NCBI GenBank assembly: GCA_951406725.2
Contig: OX597835.1
Coordinates: 5,146,001 to 5,210,000 of the forward strand
Reading direction: 5' to 3'
Source of the DNA: Octopus vulgaris
Lineage: Eukaryota
Length of the DNA stretch: 64,000 bases
Shown: piece by piece, positions 62,336 through 64,000 of the stretch
How positions within the stretch are numbered: position 1 is the first letter of the stretch
How the letters are laid out: each line of letters opens with the position of its first letter
The notes under the pieces: generated by a model
Databases searched by the model: none
Told to the model about the DNA's origin: nothing
Seen by the model: only the letters and a program-made list of their open reading frames with translations
Program-made: the position numbers and the translations under genes

Positions 62336-63790
62336 TTTGTATAAATAAATATATAAATGCTGAAAATCCATACACAACTTGTATATTTTCTCTTGTTATT
62401 ATTTTTACTGTTTTAACCTTTTCATTACCATATTTATTTTGAGATGCTCTGCGTTTCTTTCAATTAATTATAAATATAACAAAGAATTTAGTAAAATAAC
62501 TTGGCAATCATCAAACTGGTGTTAGGAACATAAATTGTGGCTAAGGTTTGGTGGAAGATTTAAATTCAAAACTTATGAAAACAAAACATTTGTACCCAGA
62601 GCTAGAGCCGGTTTCAGCCGGGTTGGTAACAAAAGGGTTAAAACACTTTTCTGATCATTCTCTATTATTTATATTTTGTTTCAATAAACTAAAATTTATC
62701 CAAATCTTCATCTTATTTGTTTCTTCTTTTATTCCATTGTTGCAGAACCTCCAACTTTCCAAGATGCACCTGAATTACAATTGCAGATAAACAATGAAAC
62801 CGATGAGATCAATTTCTTGTGTTCTTTCCCACCTCATCCAAATGATAAACAACTGAAATATTCAGTGTTTTGGTATCTGGAAGACAAAGAACTTGTATCT
62901 GTTGCTCCAGTGCTGCAGAATGGTTCCTACCAAGCATCACTCAATGAAAGTGAATTAACAGGAATGAATTATTCAGATGGGGTGAGTTTAGTTGGCTTTT
63001 ATAACATCTCCTCCTCATCTTCATCATCATGTTAGTTAGTTAGTTAGTTAGTTAATTTGGCTCAAAAGCAAATAGCAAGGCCATGTAGGGGGACATGGAG
63101 TTAAGTACAGGGTGGTGTTCATGTAAAGAGTTCAGGCCACTTGAGGTCAAGGGATGCTTTGAACAAAGTGGTCGTCGGCATCTTCACCATCTCGTCTGAT
63201 AGCATGTTGCACGGATCCGCAACCCGGACGGAGAAAGCTCCTCTCCTTCGATTGAGATGAAATCGTCGCAGATAGAGCTTTTCGGAATGACCCCGCAGCC
63301 AACGCTCATCATCATCATCATCCTTTCATATTTGCTCTCCACACTGGCATGAGCTGAATGGTCCCAAAAGATCCAGTAAAGTGCAGGGCTATGCCTTGCT
63401 CCTGCATCTGGTTTATTTGGCGAAATACCCTTCCTAATGCCATCCACTTTACAAGAGTGTACGACATGATTTTTCTTTGCTTTTTGTTGTTGTTGTTGTT
63501 GTTTTTTATGTTTCATTTTTTTTTTTTACATGGTCCTAAAACTTGTGAGATCCCTATATAGCTTCACAAGGTTAAAGAACCCACTCAACTGAGTGGGAGG
63601 GAATTAGTAGGTGGGGTAGCTACTCTGTTTCTTTTCACAAATCACTTTACCAATCTAATCTTGTTAACAAAACAATCTGCAATTTACTTTTCTTCAGCTC
63701 ACTTGTGCGGTTTCCGCTTGCTACAGTTCTAATTGTGAAAACTCCCAAGGACCGAAACGTCACAGTCTTGCACTCGTGGCTGAGATTAAG
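1..63790 (+). CDS. VWDE: Span of a multi-exon gene, incomplete at both ends: giant VWDE-like extracellular protein built of tandem ~1,030-aa VWD-EGF-IPT-LamG-Ig units (46 exons, 2,846 aa in window)
   Basis: 46 exons with AG/GT borders and matching phases join without a stop. VWDE-family motifs recur per unit: [22 protein letters not shown]....ND, WPT.SGITE, CP.DC...G.C..G.C.C...F.G.DCS, C.I.G.CY. The symbol denotes the family (VWDE-like), not proven orthology. Confidence 0.88.
1005..1180 (+). mobile_element. SINE-like family C copy with (GAT)n tail
   Basis: Near-identical to 22630-22880, 35065-35400 (-) and 47815-48225; ends GGACG(C/T)TAAACGATGATG. Confidence 0.8.
1517..1628 (+). CDS. VWDE: Exon 2, unit 1 VWD: VVLPIGTSV...[15 protein letters not shown]
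   Basis: Poly-T then CAG acceptor; GTAAGT donor; paralogous to exons 19 and 35. Confidence 0.9.
2549..2657 (+). CDS. VWDE: Exon 3, unit 1 VWD end: [13 protein letters not shown]...FSESWR
   Basis: Canonical VWD GLCGNFD motif; 109 nt like exons 20 and 36. Confidence 0.92.
3683..3855 (+). CDS. VWDE: Exon 4, unit 1 Cys-rich linker: [13 protein letters not shown]...KKGSK
   Basis: AG/GT, phase 2 to 1; paralogous to exons 21 and 37. Confidence 0.9.
4140..4517 (-). mobile_element. tRNA-derived SINE, family D head with alternative body
   Basis: Reverse complement of the head seen at 42481 and 63906, with A-box TGGCCCAGTGG and B-box GTTTCGATTCC. Confidence 0.8.
5113..6100. mobile_element. Cluster of family B SINE copies (several on -, one on +)
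   Basis: Repeated GAAAGGATGAAAGG.AAAGT.GACC..GG.GAATTTGA.CTCAGAA blocks. Confidence 0.75.
6263..6375 (+). CDS. VWDE: Exon 5, unit 1: VKDVTEVVM...[10 protein letters not shown]
   Basis: AG/GTAAGT, phase 1 to 0; paralogous to exons 22 and 38. Confidence 0.87.
6495..6731 (+). mobile_element. Family B SINE (Meta/MESC-like central domain)
   Basis: GCCTTTCATCCTTTCGGGGTCGAT..ATAAGTACC core; close copy at 33866-34102. Confidence 0.8.
6822..7135 (-). mobile_element. R4/Dong-clade LINE fragment (CCHC knuckle and restriction-like endonuclease), frameshifted
   Basis: Translates CRMFG...HIVSACESL...YKYRHHKV, then [30 protein letters not shown]. Confidence 0.8.
7483..7641 (+). CDS. VWDE: Exon 6, unit 1: [12 protein letters not shown]...SCVTDIQ
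   Basis: VWDE WPTxSGITE motif; 159 nt, phase 0/0. Confidence 0.92.
8405..8750 (-). mobile_element. Family C SINE-like copy with internal 5' tandem modules
   Basis: Diverged match to 35065-35400. Confidence 0.7.
8977..9166 (+). CDS. VWDE: Exon 7, unit 1, first half of EGF: IMDNFMW...[13 protein letters not shown]
   Basis: AG/GT; EGF cysteines; paralogous to exons 24 and 40. Confidence 0.92.
9318..9590 (+). mobile_element. Family E tRNA-derived SINE, 3' truncated
   Basis: TGGCTCAGTGG / GAGTTCA boxes; related copies at 29457, 31369, 34640 and 40539. Confidence 0.7.
9600..12620. repeat. ~3-kb minisatellite, 31-bp unit CATAGACACAGCATAAACATGGGTGGCACAA, with 30-bp variant units
   Basis: Direct tandem periodicity; degenerate edges; variants ...CATGGAGGAGCAA and ...CCATAGAGGTACAGG. 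Confidence 0.97.
12817..13004 (+). CDS. VWDE: Exon 8, unit 1, EGF end and IPT-like start: [15 protein letters not shown]...CHLKIQN
   Basis: CxC...GxDCS EGF end; GENF motif; GTAAGT donor. Confidence 0.92.
13364..13535 (+). mobile_element. Family A SINE 5' half, followed by (TA)n(GA)n
   Basis: GGCGCAGGAGTGGCTGTGTGG...GTTCAGTCCC...ACCTTGGGCAAGTG. Confidence 0.8.
13732..13774 (+). ncRNA. Type I hammerhead-like motif with imperfect stem I
   Basis: CTGATGA-TGAG(caaga)CTCA-GAAAC-ATGCAT-GTC. Confidence 0.45.
13957..14139 (+). CDS. VWDE: Exon 9, unit 1 IPT-like: TDSQVQG...ISISNNG...[12 protein letters not shown]
   Basis: 183 nt, phase 0/0; SNxG and CxxC motifs shared with exons 26 and 42. Confidence 0.9.
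16338..16452 (+). CDS. VWDE: Exon 10, unit 1 Cys-rich: [11 protein letters not shown]...AWSTFD
   Basis: 115 nt, same as exons 27 and 43. Confidence 0.9.
16890..17197 (+). CDS. VWDE: Exon 11, unit 1 LamG/ConA-like domain, first half
   Basis: [23 protein letters not shown] motif; AG/GT, phase 1 to 0. Confidence 0.9.
18238..18640 (-). mobile_element. Family A SINE, full length (tRNA head, CORE-like centre, internal microsatellite, AAAAGAGT tail)
   Basis: Reverse complement of 23034-23454 and 53491-53907. Confidence 0.85.
18764..19088 (+). CDS. VWDE: Exon 12, unit 1 LamG/ConA-like domain, second half
   Basis: [15 protein letters not shown]...IFIG motif; AG/GTAAG. Confidence 0.9.
19479..20010 (-). 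mobile_element. Partial tandem of a ~351-bp unit with a hammerhead-like motif (Penelope pLTR or retrozyme-like)
   Basis: Direct repeats at ~19479-19658 and ~19827-20010; HHR-like motif at 19706-19751 (-). Confidence 0.6.
20055..20287 (+). CDS. VWDE: Exon 13, unit 1 Ig-like: AAPELETKP...ALCQF...YILLW...QFGSK
   Basis: Ig-type C...W spacing; paralogous to exons 29 and 45. Confidence 0.9.
20373..20622 (+). mobile_element. Family A SINE internal fragment
   Basis: Matches 23140-23393. Confidence 0.8.
22183..22560. mobile_element. Tc1-type MITE with ~28-bp TIRs and TA target duplication
   Basis: TA|CACTACCATCAGAAATTAATTAGCAC ... GTGCTAATTAATTTCTGACGCAAGTG|TA. Confidence 0.8.
22630..22880 (+). mobile_element. 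Family C SINE-like copy
   Basis: Near-identical to 47985-48225. Confidence 0.8.
23034..23454 (+). mobile_element. Family A SINE, full length
   Basis: Pol III A/B boxes, internal (TA)/(TG) tract, AAAAGAG tail. Confidence 0.85.
23683..23775 (+). CDS. VWDE: Exon 14, Ig-like end: [13 protein letters not shown]...PQIY
   Basis: 93 nt, same as exons 30 and 46, with the same 3-Cys pattern. Confidence 0.9.
24066..24470 (+). CDS. VWDE: Exon 15, pre-VWD beta domain: [11 protein letters not shown]...PPRLLC...SLGKVD
   Basis: 405 nt, phase 0/0; paralogous to exon 31 (PPRLFC, IKCP, QAVF, IDK.QQR). Confidence 0.92.
24479..25143. repeat. ~660-bp (TTC)n/(TCC)n polypyrimidine tract
   Basis: Almost purely C/T on the + strand. 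Confidence 0.97.
25311..25387 (+). CDS. VWDE: Exon 16, VWD start: [25 protein letters not shown]
   Basis: VWD DPHxxTFDG motif; 77 nt like exon 32. Confidence 0.93.
25672..26064 (+). mobile_element. Non-autonomous Helitron
   Basis: A|TC 5' end, 3' CCCG(agcaacgc)CGGG hairpin, CTAG|T end, no TSD; termini shared with 38831-39326. Confidence 0.8.
26210..26273 (+). CDS. VWDE: Exon 17, VWD: [21 protein letters not shown]
   Basis: 64 nt like exon 33; 14 of 21 residues identical to it. Confidence 0.92.
26350..26890 (-). mobile_element. Internally deleted Tc1 (DD34E) transposon relic
   Basis: Translates [27 protein letters not shown] and [20 protein letters not shown]; TIR-like TA|CAGGGGTTGGACAAAATAATGGAAAC. 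Confidence 0.85.
27598..27810 (+). CDS. VWDE: Exon 18, unit 2 VWD: [19 protein letters not shown]...GRKYQ
   Basis: SCNC motif; 213 nt like exon 34. Confidence 0.93.
28841..28955 (+). CDS. VWDE: Exon 19, unit 2 VWD: VILPTGG...[10 protein letters not shown]
   Basis: AG/GT, phase 0 to 1. Confidence 0.92.
29104..29146 (+). ncRNA. Degenerate minimal type I hammerhead-like motif
   Basis: TTGACGA-GGGA(caacaa)TCCC-GAAAC-TA-GTT; C3 changed to U. Confidence 0.4.
29457..29765 (+). mobile_element. Family E SINE
   Basis: Matches 31369-31712. Confidence 0.75.
29820..30230 (+). mobile_element. Family A SINE
   Basis: Matches 23034-23454. Confidence 0.85.
30824..30932 (+). CDS. VWDE: Exon 20, unit 2 VWD end: [13 protein letters not shown]...FSLSWK
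   Basis: GLCG motif; 109 nt. Confidence 0.92.
30968..31189. mobile_element. piggyBac-type MITE with TTAA TSD
   Basis: TTAA|CCCTTTAG ... CTAAAGGG|TTAA; inverted partial copy near 28336. Confidence 0.8.
31369..31712 (+). mobile_element. Family E SINE, near full length
   Basis: GAAGGCACGTGGCTCAGTGGTTAGAG head. Confidence 0.8.
33313..33509 (+). CDS. VWDE: Exon 21, unit 2: [13 protein letters not shown]...NGRGK
   Basis: Paralogous to exons 4 and 37. A second same-phase GT lies 12 nt upstream, so the 3' end is slightly uncertain. Confidence 0.87.
33866..34102 (+). mobile_element. Family B SINE with target-site duplication
   Basis: Matches 6495-6731; flanked by repeated AGAAACAAATGAATCAGG. Confidence 0.85.
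34425..34531 (+). CDS. VWDE: Exon 22, unit 2: AKDITEMLL...[10 protein letters not shown]
   Basis: AG/GTAAGT, phase 1 to 0. Confidence 0.88.
34640..34970 (+). mobile_element. Family E SINE
   Basis: Matches 31369-31712. Confidence 0.75.
35065..35400 (-). mobile_element. Family C SINE-like copy with tandem 5' modules
   Basis: Reverse complement of family C. Confidence 0.8.
35785..36029. repeat. 28-bp minisatellite, ~9 copies (TAATCCCACTCTCTTAACCCCTCACTGT)
   Basis: Direct periodicity; ends ~90 nt upstream of exon 23. Confidence 0.92.
36121..36276 (+). CDS. VWDE: Exon 23, unit 2: [15 protein letters not shown]...SCVEDIK
   Basis: WPTxSGITE motif; GTAAGT donor. Confidence 0.92.
36890..37266 (-). 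mobile_element. Family A SINE
   Basis: Matches 18238-18640. Confidence 0.85.
37457..37637 (+). CDS. VWDE: Exon 24, unit 2: LTDDKSWA...[13 protein letters not shown]
   Basis: First half of EGF; GTGAG donor. Confidence 0.92.
37690..38081 (-). mobile_element. Family A SINE
   Basis: Matches 18238-18640. Confidence 0.85.
38831..39326 (+). mobile_element. Non-autonomous Helitron, second copy with different interior
   Basis: A|TCTATATATATAAAA ... CCCGAGCAACGCCGGGCGATACTGCTAG|T. Confidence 0.8.
39836..39923 (-). ncRNA. Type I hammerhead ribozyme, intact core, probably Penelope-associated
   Basis: Minus strand reads TTC-CTGAAGA-GAAAGaCACAA...TTGTGcCTTTC-GAAAC-ACGT-GTA-GAA. Confidence 0.65.
40309..40487 (+). 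CDS. VWDE: Exon 25, unit 2: [15 protein letters not shown]...GENF...NHYT
   Basis: EGF end and IPT-like start; GTAAGT donor. Confidence 0.92.
40790..41090 (-). mobile_element. L1/Tx1-type LINE AP-endonuclease fragment
   Basis: [12 protein letters not shown]...[11 protein letters not shown] resembles the APE GVAIL..D.EGR motif. Confidence 0.6.
41365..41735. repeat. (GATA)n/(GGTA)n/(GA)n compound microsatellite
   Basis: Seen directly. Confidence 0.95.
41854..41938 (+). pseudogene. Intronic partial duplicate of exon 25 with in-frame stop
   Basis: 72 of 85 nt identical to 40354-40438, no indels; CAA changed to TGA. Confidence 0.85.
42143..42346 (+). CDS. VWDE: Exon 26, unit 2 IPT-like: RDYQTIVK...SLSNTG...[13 protein letters not shown]
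   Basis: 204 nt, phase 0/0. Confidence 0.9.
42481..42795 (+). mobile_element. Family D tRNA-derived SINE with V-domain-like centre
   Basis: tRNA-like head, GCAATGGACTGGTGTCCTGTCCAG core, A-rich tail, flanking AAAATGACCAAGT TSD. Confidence 0.85.
43269..43312 (+). ncRNA. Minimal type I hammerhead ribozyme on the sense strand of intron 26
   Basis: CCAC-CTGAAGA-tTGTC(attcgaa)GACAt-GAAAC-AATT-GTA-GTGG. Confidence 0.6.
43637..43751 (+). CDS. VWDE: Exon 27, unit 2: [18 protein letters not shown]...SWTKIR
   Basis: VWDE CxIxGxCY...NP...C motif; 115 nt. Confidence 0.92.
45015..45656 (+). CDS. VWDE: Exon 28, unit 2 LamG/ConA-like domain (single exon)
   Basis: [25 protein letters not shown]...FSWSQQNG; 642 nt, phase 1/1. 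Confidence 0.93.
46096..46395 (+). mobile_element. Family D-related SINE
   Basis: Diverged match to 42481-42795; (CAA)n tail. Confidence 0.75.
46496..46719 (+). CDS. VWDE: Exon 29, unit 2 Ig-like: GRPELKSPP...FTCNY...YTIQWF...YGSQ
   Basis: AG/GTCAGT, phase 1 to 0. Confidence 0.9.
47815..48225 (+). mobile_element. Family C SINE-like copy preceded by three ~60-bp tandem modules
   Basis: TCGTGTCCGTTGCCAGCCTCGCCTGGCCCC... repeated three times, then the family C body. Confidence 0.85.
48359..48451 (+). CDS. VWDE: Exon 30: [13 protein letters not shown]...FVIK
   Basis: 93 nt; GTAAGC donor. Confidence 0.9.
49637..50059 (+). CDS. VWDE: Exon 31: [11 protein letters not shown]...PPRLFC...ILDKVK
   Basis: 423 nt; paralog of exon 15; GTGAGT donor. 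Confidence 0.92.
50315..51175 (-). mobile_element. Mariner transposase relic (degenerate, 5' truncated) with one TIR
   Basis: [15 protein letters not shown]...[15 protein letters not shown] matches the mariner DD34D C-terminus; TA|TTAGGTCATCCCATAAATAATGCGG end. Confidence 0.9.
51525..51601 (+). CDS. VWDE: Exon 32, VWD start: [25 protein letters not shown]
   Basis: DPH-TFDG motif; 77 nt. Confidence 0.93.
51878..51941 (+). CDS. VWDE: Exon 33: [21 protein letters not shown]
   Basis: 64 nt; paralog of exon 17. Confidence 0.92.
52044..52263. mobile_element. piggyBac-type MITE with TTAA TSD
   Basis: TTAA|CCCTTTCATTACC ... GGTAACGAAAGGG|TTAA; inverted copy at 62417-62637. Confidence 0.85.
52478..52690 (+). 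CDS. VWDE: Exon 34, unit 3 VWD: [19 protein letters not shown]...GKKYS
   Basis: 213 nt; SCNC motif; GTGAGT donor. Confidence 0.93.
53491..53907 (+). mobile_element. Family A SINE, full length
   Basis: Matches 23034-23454. Confidence 0.85.
54154..54253 (+). CDS. VWDE: Exon 35: VYLPTGG...[10 protein letters not shown]
   Basis: Paralog of exons 2 and 19. Confidence 0.92.
54528..54636 (+). CDS. VWDE: Exon 36: [13 protein letters not shown]...FSLSWR
   Basis: GLCG motif; 109 nt. Confidence 0.92.
55364..55524 (+). CDS. VWDE: Exon 37: [13 protein letters not shown]...SKRKSK
   Basis: Paralog of exons 4 and 21. Confidence 0.9.
56449..56558 (+). CDS. VWDE: Exon 38: [11 protein letters not shown]...[10 protein letters not shown]
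   Basis: Paralog of exons 5 and 22; GTAAGT donor. Confidence 0.88.
57259..57402 (+). CDS. VWDE: Exon 39: [15 protein letters not shown]...SCTSDLH
   Basis: Divergent paralog of exons 6 and 23; strong pyrimidine tract; GTAAGT donor. Confidence 0.88.
58004..58187 (+). CDS. VWDE: Exon 40: LTGDLVWR...[13 protein letters not shown]
   Basis: First half of EGF. Confidence 0.91.
58984..59168 (+). CDS. VWDE: Exon 41: [15 protein letters not shown]...GTGF...CKLQEMT
   Basis: EGF end and IPT-like start. Confidence 0.9.
59464..59673 (+). CDS. VWDE: Exon 42: KGADKF...VSVSNDN...[12 protein letters not shown]
   Basis: 210 nt, phase 0/0; NAGNAG acceptor gives a 3-nt ambiguity. Confidence 0.9.
60024..60138 (+). 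CDS. VWDE: Exon 43: [12 protein letters not shown]...SWQPID
   Basis: 115 nt. Confidence 0.92.
60245..60627. mobile_element. Mariner-type MITE
   Basis: TIRs ATTGTTATATTTTGGGATGGTCATT and AATGACTATCCCGAAATATAACAAT, plus subterminal inverted TTTTGCCAAATAAA. Confidence 0.75.
60958..61593 (+). CDS. VWDE: Exon 44, unit 3 LamG/ConA-like domain (single exon)
   Basis: [13 protein letters not shown]....C.GGFT...FSWSQQNGL; 636 nt, phase 1/1. Confidence 0.93.
62417..62637. mobile_element. piggyBac-type MITE, inverted relative to the 52044 copy
   Basis: TTAA TSDs and the same TIRs. Confidence 0.85.
62746..62981 (+). CDS. VWDE: Exon 45, unit 3 Ig-like: PPTFQDAP...FLCSF...YSVFWY...YSDG
   Basis: Paralog of exons 13 and 29; GTGAGT donor. 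Confidence 0.9.
63032..63300 (-). mobile_element. CR1/L2-type LINE 3' end
   Basis: Minus strand translates [37 protein letters not shown]; (TAAC)n tail. Confidence 0.7.
63698..63790 (+). CDS. VWDE: Exon 46: [13 protein letters not shown]...AEIK (gene continues beyond window)
   Basis: 93 nt; GTAAGT donor; no stop. Confidence 0.9.
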
Positions 63791-63905
63791 GTAAGTGATG
63801 TCAATATGTTCTATAGGTTGTTTCACTTGAAGATAACAGATTTTATTGCAGTCATTTCAATAAGTATCTCAGTGTCAATGTTCCTTATATAGATACATAG
63901 GCACA

Positions 63906-64000
63906 GGAGGTGCAATGGCCCAGTAGTTAGGGCAGCGGACTCGCGGTCGTAGGATCGCGGTTTCGATTCCCAGACTGGGCGTTGTGAGTGTTTATTGAGC
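63906..64000 (+). mobile_element. Family D SINE head, cut by window end
   Basis: Matches 42481-42575. Confidence 0.8.

Noticed and set aside
1-63790. The three units as an assembly duplication or as three separate genes
   Set aside because: Unit proteins are strongly diverged and introns carry different insertions, so this is not an artefact. No stop, start or signal-peptide exon was found between units, and the phases join continuously.

Overview
This is AT-rich, microsatellite- and SINE-dense eukaryotic DNA. The repeat families look like those of an octopus (coleoid cephalopod) genome; that is inference. The whole window lies inside one + strand gene whose start and stop are outside the window. 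I traced 46 GT-AG exons by hand into one uninterrupted frame of 8,538 nt (2,846 aa). The protein is a tandem array of a ~1,030-aa super-module: a complete VWDE-type core (VWD, Cys-rich/helical region, EGF, IPT/Ig-like, Cys-rich), then a LamG/ConA-like domain and Ig-like domains. About 2.8 units are visible, at a 25-27 kb period, with identical intron phases. Introns hold several tRNA-derived SINE families, two non-autonomous Helitrons, piggyBac- and Tc1/mariner-type MITEs and transposase relics, and R4, L1/Tx1 and CR1 LINE fragments. They also hold five type I hammerhead-ribozyme-like motifs, a 3-kb 31-bp minisatellite with higher-order structure, and a ~660-bp TTC/TCC tract. Most ORFs in the supplied track, including the three ~1,000-aa ones, are repeat artefacts. 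All calls were made by eye, without database searches.
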